Source: Terriglobia bacterium (GTDB lineage: Bacteria > Acidobacteriota > Terriglobia > Acidiferrales > UBA7541). Taken from it: a DNA stretch of 64,000 bases. Positions 30,113-39,058 of this stretch are shown piece after piece; the first letter of the stretch is position 1, and each line of letters starts with the position of its first letter. The notes beneath the pieces were generated by a model. The model searched no databases, was not told where the DNA came from, and saw nothing but the letters and a program-made list of their open reading frames with translations. Location: assembly GCA_963695545.1 (NCBI GenBank), contig OY968796.1:3200001-3264000 (forward strand), given 5' to 3'. Position numbers and translations under genes: made by a program.

Positions 30113-30622
30113 CTACCAGTCGCCCGCCTTGCGGAGCTTGCGGATTCTGCGCTTGATCAGATCGCGTTTCAGCAGGCTGAGGTGTTGCAGAAAAAGCGTT
30201 CCGTTCAGATGATCGATCTCGTGACAAAACGCGCGCGCCAGCAATCCCTCGCCGCGCATCTCGTAACTTTTCCCGGTCGCATCCTGCGCGCGCATAGTCA
30301 CGTACAGCGGCCGCAAGACGTGCGCTCGAAATCCCGGCACTGAAAGACACCCTTCGTCCTCGCGCTGTTCGCCTTCGATGTGCACGATTTCCGGATTCGC
30401 CAGCACCAATTTTGCCTCGGGATGTTTCCCGCCGCTCACGTCCACTACTGCTAGCCGCTTGTCCAGACCGATTTGCGGCGCCGCCAGACCCACGCCTTGC
30501 GCCGCATACATCGATTCAAACATGTCCGCGCAAAGTTTTTCGAGTTCCTCATCGAACTCCGTGATCGGCTGCGTCGGCGTCTCCAGCACCTTCGCGCCGT
30601 ATTTCACAACGGGATGAATCAT
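30113..30622 (-). CDS. def: Peptide deformylase
   Basis: GVGLAAPQIG, EGCLS, HEIDHLNG. Start ATG 30622. Confidence 0.97.
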   Translation of the reverse strand: MIHPVVKYGAKVLETPTQPITEFDEELEKLCADMFESMYAAQGVGLAAPQIGLDKRLAVVDVSGGKHPEAKLVLANPEIVHIEGEQREDEGCLSVPGFRAHVLRPLYVTMRAQDATGKSYEMRGEGLLARAFCHEIDHLNGTLFLQHLSLLKRDLIKRRIRKLRKAGDW

Positions 30623-30673
30623 CTTTTGGGCTAGGCCTTTCCGTCTCGCTCGCTCATCCAAATCGCGCGCCGC

Positions 30674-31855
30674 TCAAAACGCATCGAGTTGCCCCTGATA
30701 TCCCTCGAAATTCCGCCGCGTCTCTTCGATCGAATCTCCGCCAAACTTTTCAAGAAACGCTTCCGCCAGCACCAGCGCGACCATGGCCTCTCCCGCCACG
30801 CCGCCGGCCGGCACCACGCACACATCCGATCGTTCGTAAGCCGCGCGGACCGCTTCCTTCGTTTTCAGATCGACCGTGCCCAATCCGCGCCGCAGCGTCG
30901 AAATTGGTTTCAAGTATCCGCGCACGATCACGTTTTCGCCGTTCGTGATCCCGCCTTCGATCCCTCCCGCGCGATTCGTTGGCCGCGTGAATCTGTGCCG
31001 CTCCGCATCGTACGCAATTTCGTCGCCGACCTCCGAGCCATACGATTGCGCCGCCGAAACTCCCGCGCCGATCTCCACGGCCTTCACCGCCTGAATGCAC
31101 ATCACCGCGCGCGCGAGTTTTCCATCGATTTTTTCGTCCCACTGCGCGTGCGATCCCAATCCCGGCGGCACGCCGCGCGCGACCACCTCGAAAATTCCAC
31201 CCACCGAATCTCCCGCGCGCAAAACCTGATCCACTTCCGCCTTCATCCTCGCTTCAGTTTCCGGATCAACGCATCGCAAAGGTGAATCAAGATTCGCGCA
31301 AACCGCCGCAATTTCGTCCCACGTCGCCGCGCGTTCCAAACGCACCTTGCCAACCGAGATAACGTGGCTGAAAATTGTCACGCCGAATTCCTTCAACAAT
31401 ATTTTCGCAAGCGCTCCCGCCGCCACGCGCGCCGCCGTTTCCCGCGCCGACGCCCGCTCGAGCACGATGCGCGCATCATGCACATTCAGTTTCAGCGCGC
31501 CCGCCAGATCCGCATGTCCCGGCCTCGCCGCTGTCAGCGGACGCGAAGCCGTTTCCGCGCCCGCGGCATCTTCGATCGGCTCCACGGGCAATATTTTTTC
31601 CCAGTTCGCCCAGTCACGATTTTCAATGCGCAATGCAATCGGCGCCCCGATGGTTTTTCCAAGGCGAATCCCCGCGAACGCCTCCACGCGGTCCTTCTCG
31701 ATTTTTTGCCGCCCTCCGCGCCCGTAACCCAGCTGCCTGCGATGCAATTCTCCGTGAATGAATTCCAGGTTCACGGGCAGGCCCGATGGCAGCCCCGAGA
31801 TCCAAGCCAGCAAGGCTTGGCCATGCGATTCGCCGGCAGTGAAGAAGCGCAACAT
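30674..31855 (-). CDS. aroC: Chorismate synthase
   Basis: MLRFFTAGESHG, RPGHAD, ERASARETA, GGIEGGITNG, KPISTL, ERSD. Start ATG 31855. Confidence 0.97.
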   Translation of the reverse strand: MLRFFTAGESHGQALLAWISGLPSGLPVNLEFIHGELHRRQLGYGRGGRQKIEKDRVEAFAGIRLGKTIGAPIALRIENRDWANWEKILPVEPIEDAAGAETASRPLTAARPGHADLAGALKLNVHDARIVLERASARETAARVAAGALAKILLKEFGVTIFSHVISVGKVRLERAATWDEIAAVCANLDSPLRCVDPETEARMKAEVDQVLRAGDSVGGIFEVVARGVPPGLGSHAQWDEKIDGKLARAVMCIQAVKAVEIGAGVSAAQSYGSEVGDEIAYDAERHRFTRPTNRAGGIEGGITNGENVIVRGYLKPISTLRRGLGTVDLKTKEAVRAAYERSDVCVVPAGGVAGEAMVALVLAEAFLEKFGGDSIEETRRNFEGYQGQLDAF

Positions 31856-32034
31856 GAGAAAGGATGTATCCGATTCGCGCGAAGCGCGAATCCCAGATTG
31901 TATCGGAGCGTTCACGAGCGGTAAAGCTCGCCACACCTCGCAGCATTCCGATGCGCAGTTCCGCGCTTGACGCGGCCGGGAGCGGACGCTACGCTCAGCA
32001 GACTCGAACCGTCGGGGGATCAGCGCAAACAGCG

Positions 32035-32865
32035 ATGCCCGCCACCGAACCGAAGCTTCCCCTGGGCACCGACGACTCCGGACTCTCATCCAGATTGCTG
32101 GGCGTCGCCAAGCGCTGGGTGCTCGCGGTGCAAACTTACGCGCTGCTGGCCGCCCGGTCCGTCACGAATATTTTCACTCCGCCCCATTACATCTCCGATT
32201 TGTTCGACCAGATGGACGTGATCGGCGTCGGCTCGCTGCCCATCGCCGTTTTTTCGGGCGTTTTCATCGGCGCGGTCACCGTGCTTCAAACGGCGGCGCA
32301 GTTCGCGCGTTACGGACAAACACAACTCACCGGCGACGTCGTCGCCGTCGGCCTGGTGCGCGAACTCGGGCCCACGATCACGGGCCTTTTGGTCGCGGGG
32401 CGCAACGCCAGCGGCATCGCATCCGAGCTCGGCTCGATGCTCGTCACCGAGCAGGTGGATGCCATGCGCGCGATGGGCACGGATCCCACGCGCAAGCTCG
32501 TAACGCCGCGCGTGCTTGCCACAGTCTTGATGCTTCCGCTGCTCGTGGCCCTCGCGGATTTCTCTGGTCTCGTCGGCGGTTTCGTTATCGCTTCTACGTC
32601 GCAACATCTCGGCGCCGTGCAATTCTGGTCGCGCGCGATCAACGCCCTCGATTTTTCCGACCTGATGCAAGGCATGATCAAGCCCATCGTGTTCGGTTTC
32701 ATCCTGTCGACCATCGGTTGCTACCACGGCCTTACGGTGCGCGGCGGCACGCAAGGCGTCGGCCGCGCGACGACGCAAGCCGTGGTCGCTTCGTCCATTC
32801 TGATTCTCGTCGCCGATTTCTTTCTCGATAAATTGCTGCTGTTTTTGTCCGGGCATGTTTTGTGA
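32035..32865 (+). CDS. mlaE: MlaE-family ABC permease
   Basis: GVGSLP, RELGP, AGR…ASELGSMLVTEQVDAM, PRV, QGVGRATT. Start uncertain. Confidence 0.9.
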   Translation: MPATEPKLPLGTDDSGLSSRLLGVAKRWVLAVQTYALLAARSVTNIFTPPHYISDLFDQMDVIGVGSLPIAVFSGVFIGAVTVLQTAAQFARYGQTQLTGDVVAVGLVRELGPTITGLLVAGRNASGIASELGSMLVTEQVDAMRAMGTDPTRKLVTPRVLATVLMLPLLVALADFSGLVGGFVIASTSQHLGAVQFWSRAINALDFSDLMQGMIKPIVFGFILSTIGCYHGLTVRGGTQGVGRATTQAVVASSILILVADFFLDKLLLFLSGHVL

Positions 32866-32871
32866 ATCGCC

Positions 32872-33717
32872 ATGACTGACGCCACGCCAAACCCGACCGC
32901 GAATGCCTCGCCCGATGCTCTCGTCTCGTTCTCGAACGTGCGCCTCGGTTTCGACGAAGGCGAAGTCCTGCGCGGTCTCGATTTCCGCGTGGCCGCCGGC
33001 GAAACGAAAGTGCTCATCGGCGAAACGGGCGCTGGAAAAACACTCGCGCTCAAACTCGCCGCCGGCCTCTTGCGCCCCGACTCGGGCTCGGTCCGCGTTC
33101 TCGGCCGCGATCTCGGCTCGCTCTCCGAACAAGAATTGTTCGCCTTCCGTCGTAAAATAGGCTTCGTGTTCCAGGAAGGCGCCTTGTTCGATTCCATCAC
33201 CGTCGGTGAGAACGTCGCCTACCGCCTCCGCGAAGATCAGTTGGACGACGACGAAATCGAGCCTCGCGTTCGCGAAGCCCTGCGCTTTGTCGAGCTTGAA
33301 AACACCATCGACCAATTGCCGTCGGATCTTTCCGGTGGAATGCGCCGCCGCGTTGCCATCGCGCGCGCCCTCGTGGATCATCCTGCGATCGTGCTTTACG
33401 ATTCGCCCACAGCGGGCCTTGATCCCATCACCTCGCAAACGATCATGACCATGATCCTGCGCCTCCGCGATTCGCAGGGCGTCACCTCGCTGCTTGCGAC
33501 GCAGCGCTTGCAAGACGCCTTTGGTCTCGCCAACTATCGTTTCGACGTCGCCGCCAATCGCGTGGTGCATGACGACGCGGGCGGCGCGGGCGCGAATGCG
33601 AGCCGCGGTCCCGACACGCGCTTCCTTGTTCTGCGCAACGGCACAGTTTATTTCGAGGGCGAGACGCAAGCCCTGGCCGAATCGTCGGACGACTATCTAA
33701 AACAATTTTTGGAGTGA
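32872..33717 (+). CDS. mlaF: MlaF-like ABC ATP-binding protein with atypical Walker B and H-loop
   Basis: GETGAGKT, FQEGALFDS, LSGGMRRRVAIARA, LYDSPTAGLDP, ATQR. Confidence 0.88.
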   Translation: MTDATPNPTANASPDALVSFSNVRLGFDEGEVLRGLDFRVAAGETKVLIGETGAGKTLALKLAAGLLRPDSGSVRVLGRDLGSLSEQELFAFRRKIGFVFQEGALFDSITVGENVAYRLREDQLDDDEIEPRVREALRFVELENTIDQLPSDLSGGMRRRVAIARALVDHPAIVLYDSPTAGLDPITSQTIMTMILRLRDSQGVTSLLATQRLQDAFGLANYRFDVAANRVVHDDAGGAGANASRGPDTRFLVLRNGTVYFEGETQALAESSDDYLKQFLE

Positions 33718-33764
33718 AGAGCTTCTGTGCGTAAGGAAAAGTTTTCGCTTGAGGAGGGCCGATC

Positions 33765-34850
33765 ATGCCGCAACAAAAACAATTGACCTGGGCCGAGCTC
33801 CGCGTCGGAGTCTTCACGCTCGCGGGCCTGATCCTGATCGCGGTCGCGATTTTTTACGTCACCGGCGCGGGCTCGCTTGGCGCGAAATATCGCCTGCACA
33901 CTTTCCTGCCTGAAGTCGACGGCCTCGCCGTCGGCGCTCCGGTCAGCGTTGACGGCGTGGAAGTCGGCAACGTCGAATCGATCGAGATCGCGCCGCCCAT
34001 CCCGGGCCAGCTGCTCAATAAGGACCGCAGCATCGAAGTCGTCATGCGCATCAGCAAACGCTACCAGAACAACATCCGCACCGATTCCAGCGCCAGCCTC
34101 GTCACCGAGGGCCTCCTCGGCGATCGCTATGTCGATATCGATCGCGGTTCGACCGGCGCCGTTCTCACCGACGGTGCCGAGGTTCCCGGCAAAGAGGAGA
34201 CCGCAATTAAGGAAGTCGTCGAGCGCAGCGCGGACGTGATGGCGAACCTGAGCGCCTTAAGCCAACAACTCAGTACGATGGTCAGCGATTTGAAGGGCGG
34301 CCACGGCACCCTCGGCGCCCTGCTTGAGGATAAGACGCTCTACAACAATCTCAACGTCTCCGTCACGCGTGTCAACGACATGCTCGGCGGCATTCAGGCC
34401 GGGCAGGGCACTCTCGGCAGGCTGGTGACCTCGGACACTCTTTACACCAAGGTTGATTCCGACGCGGGCCGCCTCGATGACATCCTCGCCGCCGTGCAAA
34501 CGCAGAAAGGCTCGTTCGGCAAGCTCGTCTACGATCCCGCGGTGCACGACGAGGCCAAGGAGTTCCTCAACAACGCCAACGGTCTTCTTGCCGGCGTGCG
34601 CGCGGGACAAGGAACGCTGGGCAAACTCGCCACCGACGACACGCTCTACAACGAATATCGCGACATCGGCAAGAATCTGACCACCGCGACCGCCAAGCTC
34701 GATTCCAACGAAGGCACCGCCGGCAAACTTTTCAACGATCCGCAACTTTACGACAACGTGACCGGCCTCGCCGGCGACATGCGCCTGCTGATCGGCGATT
34801 TCGAGAAAAATCCAAAGCGATTCCTCTCGATCAAGCTCAACATTTTCTGA
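33765..34850 (+). CDS. mlaD: MlaD/MCE family protein
   Basis: ELRVG + TM, GLAVGAPVSVDGVEVGNV, GLLGDRYV; helical tail with five GT/SxGxL-type repeats. Confidence 0.9.
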   Translation: MPQQKQLTWAELRVGVFTLAGLILIAVAIFYVTGAGSLGAKYRLHTFLPEVDGLAVGAPVSVDGVEVGNVESIEIAPPIPGQLLNKDRSIEVVMRISKRYQNNIRTDSSASLVTEGLLGDRYVDIDRGSTGAVLTDGAEVPGKEETAIKEVVERSADVMANLSALSQQLSTMVSDLKGGHGTLGALLEDKTLYNNLNVSVTRVNDMLGGIQAGQGTLGRLVTSDTLYTKVDSDAGRLDDILAAVQTQKGSFGKLVYDPAVHDEAKEFLNNANGLLAGVRAGQGTLGKLATDDTLYNEYRDIGKNLTTATAKLDSNEGTAGKLFNDPQLYDNVTGLAGDMRLLIGDFEKNPKRFLSIKLNIF

Positions 34851-34928
34851 GGCCTCGTCCGCGCCGAATCATTCATCCGGCCGCGGCCGCCAGACCGTGC
34901 TTCACGCGCGTCGCGCCCTGGGGTTTCA

Positions 34929-36689
34929 TCAGGCGCCCGCAACGCGCGCAAGCCGAATCTTCACCGGTGCAAACAGCCGCGCGCTCGATTGCGCCGGCTC
35001 TTCCACGCCGACGGTGAGACGCGTCGCGCCGGTGAGTCGCCACGATTCCGGCGCGCTCGCAACCACGCACACGATATCGCCCGCCTCGAGCGCCCGGTTC
35101 GCTTCGTGCTCGGCTCCACCCGGAACCTCGCGGATGACGCGCAGCCACTTTGATACGCTGCGCCCTTTGCCGATCCACTCGGGCACGGGATTCCGCGCCG
35201 ACCAGTTCTCCGTCTCCTCCGGACCGTCCTTCCCGAGCTCGACGGAGGCGTCCGGCGCGCTCGAAAGAAAATGCACGGGCCGATCCATCGCGGCGATCAA
35301 CAGCATGGCGTGGCCGCGACTGAGACTGCGCGCAAACAGCACCACGCCGCCAAATTCCGGCAGAAGCTCGCGGCCTTCGACGGTCTCGCGATAGCGCGTG
35401 TGCGTCCACAACCAGAGCCAAAGCCGCAGCAGGGAATCGGGCCGTGCGAATACCGCGTACAGCAGCGCGAGTATGGTCATCACCGCGCCCGCGAAAAATA
35501 TTTGCCGCGCGCCCATACCGAAGCCTTGCGCGAAAATGTAGTAGACACCTGCCGCAAGAAAGATTCCGGAAAACGAAAACAGATTCGACGCGCCGATCAC
35601 GCCGCCTTTATTTTCCGGCCGCGGCCGATGCTGAATCAGCGCGCCCAGCGGCACGGCGTAAAAACCTCCGAAGAATCCCAACAGCGCGAGTTCCGTGCGC
35701 GCGTGCCACACATCGAGTCCGGGTCGAGAAACCATGAACGAAAAAACAGTCATTCCCGCCGCGCCCAGCGGCACGAGCCCGTATTCGATCTTCGGTCCCG
35801 AAAGATAACCCGCAACCAAACTGCCCGTGCCGATTCCGATGGCGACCGCCGCTTGCAGATAACTGGTCTCGGTTTCGTTCACCTTCAGCACGTCGTGCCC
35901 ATAAATCACGATCACGAATTGCAGAAGCGCCGCAAGCGACCACAGATACGTGTTGCCCACCACGGCCCAGCCGAGAAGATGATCCTTCCGCATGCGCTGG
36001 ATTTGCGTCCACAAATCGCCCAGCGGATTCAGGCGCAACCTCGCCGCGGGATTCGCCGCCGGCACGCGCGTGATTCCGTAGCTTGTTGCGAGGCCCGCAA
36101 ACGTCGCACACAACAGCACGAGTCCCGCGCGCCCCGGATTCGCCGCAAAATGAAACGCCAAAAATCCCGCGCCGACCACGCCCGCGATCGAGGCGAGAAA
36201 CGTGCCGAGTTCGATCACGCCGTTGCCCCAGGACAATTTCGTCTCCGGCAAGATCTCCGGCAACAGTCCGTACTTCGACGGCCCAAACAGCGCGCCTTGC
36301 GTCGAGATCAAGAACACGCCCGCGCACTCCATCGGCAAATTTCGCAAGGCCAGCGCCGCGGTTGCGAACAACATCACGCCAATCTCGAAATATTTCGTTC
36401 CGATGGTCACCGAGCGCTTGCTGTAGCGATCGGCTAAATATCCGCCCGCCATCGAAAACAGCACAAACGGCAGCGCGAACAGCGCGCCGATCACCAGCAC
36501 CAGAATATTCCGCCGCGCGTCCGGCAGATTCATCGCCACGACCAGATAAATCACCAGGAATTTCAGTCCGTTGTCGTTGAACGCGCCCTCGAACTGCGTG
36601 GCAATCAAGGCCCAGAAACCGAACAGCCCCTTCTTCACGGGATGAGCCGGGGCGGTGTGCGCGCCGGGCGTGTTTTGGTCGGATGGCAT
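34929..36689 (-). CDS. LplT-like MFS transporter fused to a degenerate PlsC-like remnant
   Basis: TQFEGAFNDN, LFALPFVLFS…GYLADRYSK, FGPSKYGLLPE, IEYGLVPLG, VPLGALIQ; tail resembles the start of an acyltransferase domain. Start ATG 36689. Confidence 0.85.
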   Translation of the reverse strand: MPSDQNTPGAHTAPAHPVKKGLFGFWALIATQFEGAFNDNGLKFLVIYLVVAMNLPDARRNILVLVIGALFALPFVLFSMAGGYLADRYSKRSVTIGTKYFEIGVMLFATAALALRNLPMECAGVFLISTQGALFGPSKYGLLPEILPETKLSWGNGVIELGTFLASIAGVVGAGFLAFHFAANPGRAGLVLLCATFAGLATSYGITRVPAANPAARLRLNPLGDLWTQIQRMRKDHLLGWAVVGNTYLWSLAALLQFVIVIYGHDVLKVNETETSYLQAAVAIGIGTGSLVAGYLSGPKIEYGLVPLGAAGMTVFSFMVSRPGLDVWHARTELALLGFFGGFYAVPLGALIQHRPRPENKGGVIGASNLFSFSGIFLAAGVYYIFAQGFGMGARQIFFAGAVMTILALLYAVFARPDSLLRLWLWLWTHTRYRETVEGRELLPEFGGVVLFARSLSRGHAMLLIAAMDRPVHFLSSAPDASVELGKDGPEETENWSARNPVPEWIGKGRSVSKWLRVIREVPGGAEHEANRALEAGDIVCVVASAPESWRLTGATRLTVGVEEPAQSSARLFAPVKIRLARVAGA

Positions 36690-36815
36690 GAGAGATGGGA
36701 AGCCACACGGACCCGCGATGCCGGATGAGCCCGTGATAGGCGGCGCGAGGGAGTCTATCAGGAGGATGGGTCGTAAGGTCAATGGCGTTGCTCAAGGTGT
36801 GGGGAAACAAGGTGT

Positions 36816-36948
36816 ACCCCCCTCCCCCCCGGGTGTTTTTCGGAAGTGTTGATTCTGCTCGACTTTAAGTCCTTTGCGCCAGAACTGGTGATTCTAATGG
36901 GCTTAAAATGTGATTTGTCAGAAGTGCTGATTCTGGAAGGTTTACGGG
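36816..36948. repeat. Non-coding box array A: C-rich end plus three boxes at 39-bp period
   Basis: GAAGTGTTGATTCTGCTCGACTTT (36843), GAACTGGTGATTCTAATGGGCTTA (36882), GAAGTGCTGATTCTGGAAGGTTTA (36921), preceded by CCCCCCCGGGTGTTTTT. Confidence 0.8.
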
Positions 36949-36987
36949 TGAAGAAGGGCGCGTTGGTGTGCTTGAATTCCATGCCCG

Positions 36988-37017
36988 ACCATACCATGCA
37001 ATATACTGTCACGTCAA
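36988..37017 (-). promoter_or_regulatory. Putative sigma70 promoter directed into array A
   Basis: Minus strand TTGACG-N18-TATGGT with extended -10 TG. Confidence 0.55.
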
Positions 37018-37165
37018 CATATATTTACACGCTATACGAATAGAGTGGGTAGAAACGAAACCGCTCCATTTCGAAGCCGAGCCTGCCGTCCGCATACGAT
37101 ATAACTGTACCGGTATCTTGTGATATGTAGTATATACGTGCCGTCGGGGGGGCGGAGGAGGGGCG

Positions 37166-37456
37166 ATGGCTATCGGTCGCAAGGGAACCGCGCATGTCTG
37201 GCTGGGTCAAAAAATCGTACAACGAGCGCCGCAGGCCTCGGGCGTATATGCGATCTTCAGCAAGGAGGACTGGATTTACGTTGGAGAAGCCGGCGATTTG
37301 CGAAAGAAGTTGATCGCGCACTTCGACGGCGAGAATCGCTGCATCACACAGAGCGATCCGATCGGGTTTCAATTTGAATTGGTGCCCGCGAAGCAAAGGG
37401 CGGCGCGAAAGAAAAAGCTGATCGCCGAATTGGAACCGACTTGTAATCGGCGTTAG
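37166..37456 (+). CDS. Small GIY-YIG-like protein
   Basis: GGAGG RBS; APQASGVYAI…IYVGEAGDLRKKLIAH…LIAELEPTCN. Confidence 0.75.
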   Translation: MAIGRKGTAHVWLGQKIVQRAPQASGVYAIFSKEDWIYVGEAGDLRKKLIAHFDGENRCITQSDPIGFQFELVPAKQRAARKKKLIAELEPTCNRR

Positions 37457-37520
37457 GGGTGTGGCCGAAGGCGGCTCATTTCATATCTAGCACTCAATGT
37501 GTTGGGTTCCGCGCCCGTGA

Positions 37521-38588
37521 CTAAGCAGCAGAAGCAGCGGCACGCTCGCGTGCAGCCTGGTCGAAGGCGGGGCGCGCGCGCAGTAGCAACACCACGAGCG
37601 TCAAAGTGATCAGTGCGCCGAACGCGGCTCCGAAAGCGGCGAAATATCCCATCATGTGCGGGGAAAGCGGCGTTACGTTCGGCGGCATGTCTCGCCCGGC
37701 CGGCATCGGCATCACGCGCAAAACGGCGGCAAAATAAGCCTCGCGCCTCGCCGGCAGAAACATGGGAAGCGAATTCAGCAATCCAAAGATGTAGAACGCG
37801 ACCGTGCCGGGCAAACTCCAGGACTTTAGCCGGAGCAGGCAGATGCCCAAGGTGACGTTGACCGCGACGTTCGCGAATAAGAAAATTTCTGCCGCGCGCC
37901 CATACAGAATCTTTCCCAAGAAAAACGCCGGAAAGTGCAGGAATGGAATCAGAAGCACCGAGGGTGCTCCGGCGAGCAGGAAAATCGCCACGACGATGAT
38001 CACCACGGGCACCCGGCCGGGCCGCGGCGGTGGGGGCGGCAAAACCAGCGGAAGCGGCACGTTGGACGCCGCGATTTCGCCGGGCATTGCGGGCGATGCA
38101 GCTTGTGTCGGCATCGTGGAGCGCGCGGCCTCGAATTGCGTGCGGACACTGCGTCGGGTGAGCAGGACCAGCCACCACACGCCCACCGAAAGAAAGAACA
38201 GACCGAAGGTCGCCGCGGTCGCTCGCATCGCGACGTCGACGTGCGGCGGAGCGTTGGGAAGGCTCGACCAGGGTGTCAGGAAAAAGATCAGGGTGTACCC
38301 GAATGAACTCAGGATGGTGAGTATCGCAAATACTATCGTCGTGATTCGCGCCCAGTTTTTCAGCCGCAAAAGTCCGATAGCGGTGAAGATTCCAAATACT
38401 TCCACGCCGAGAACCATCACGCTGCCCGCGACCATAAGCGCCAGAACTGGCCGTGGAAGCGCGGGTTCCCCGGTCGCAATCGATACCCAGACCATGGTAA
38501 CCAGAGCGAAAATGTGGGAGAGAAGCGCGAGCGAGCTGCCCGCGAGCAGGAGGACCGCTGCGATTGTGACTCCGGCGGAACGTTTCAT
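37521..38588 (-). CDS. Hypothetical polytopic membrane protein with internal duplication
   Basis: Two similar halves (AIGLLRLKNWAR / GICLLRLKSWSL) joined by a Pro-rich linker. Confidence 0.8.
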   Translation of the reverse strand: MKRSAGVTIAAVLLLAGSSLALLSHIFALVTMVWVSIATGEPALPRPVLALMVAGSVMVLGVEVFGIFTAIGLLRLKNWARITTIVFAILTILSSFGYTLIFFLTPWSSLPNAPPHVDVAMRATAATFGLFFLSVGVWWLVLLTRRSVRTQFEAARSTMPTQAASPAMPGEIAASNVPLPLVLPPPPPRPGRVPVVIIVVAIFLLAGAPSVLLIPFLHFPAFFLGKILYGRAAEIFLFANVAVNVTLGICLLRLKSWSLPGTVAFYIFGLLNSLPMFLPARREAYFAAVLRVMPMPAGRDMPPNVTPLSPHMMGYFAAFGAAFGALITLTLVVLLLRARPAFDQAARERAAASAA

Positions 38589-38695
38589 CGGACACTCTGC
38601 GTGTTGCGGGTTGGCTATACCAGAGATCGCCTGATATTAACAAGTCTGCACGGCGCGTTGCGCGGAGCGGCGCGCAAGAGAAGGAGGACGGGACG

Positions 38696-38998
38696 ATGGG
38701 GTATCACGGGATCGCTTATTTTTTCGGCGGGATGTTCTTTGTGAATGGGATTCCGCATTTCGTGAGCGGGGTGTGCGGGCGAAAGTTTCCATCGCCGTTC
38801 GCTTCGCCGCCGGGCAAGGGACAATCTTCGGCGTTGGTGAACGTGCTGTGGGGCGCGCTGAATTTGGGAATTGGATATTTTCTGGTGTGGCGCGTTGGGA
38901 CTTTCGAGCTGCGGAGCACGCGCGATGTGGTTATCGCGGGTCTGGGCGGATTGTTGATGGGCGTGATGCTGGCGAACACGTTTTCAAAGAATGTTTAA
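38696..38998 (+). CDS. Small hypothetical membrane protein
   Basis: GGAGG RBS; three hydrophobic segments; NGIPHFVSG…FPSPFASPPG…NVLWG. Confidence 0.75.
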   Translation: MGYHGIAYFFGGMFFVNGIPHFVSGVCGRKFPSPFASPPGKGQSSALVNVLWGALNLGIGYFLVWRVGTFELRSTRDVVIAGLGGLLMGVMLANTFSKNV

Positions 38999-39058
38999 TA
39001 AAGCCTCGCGCTCTGCTTCGCGAGAGCCGCGGCGGGAGACCCTGCGGCGTTCGCGCGA

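Noticed and set aside
36843..36948. 39-bp periodic repeats as a CRISPR array
   Set aside because: Only three degenerate units, period too short for repeat plus spacer, no identical repeats, and no cas genes in the window.
36846..37043. 65-aa ORF with EVLIL-like 13-aa periodicity (and 77-aa ORF 36779-37012)
   Set aside because: No RBS, and the related array B does not keep a comparable frame or period. Treated as a by-product of the DNA repeat, though not fully excluded.
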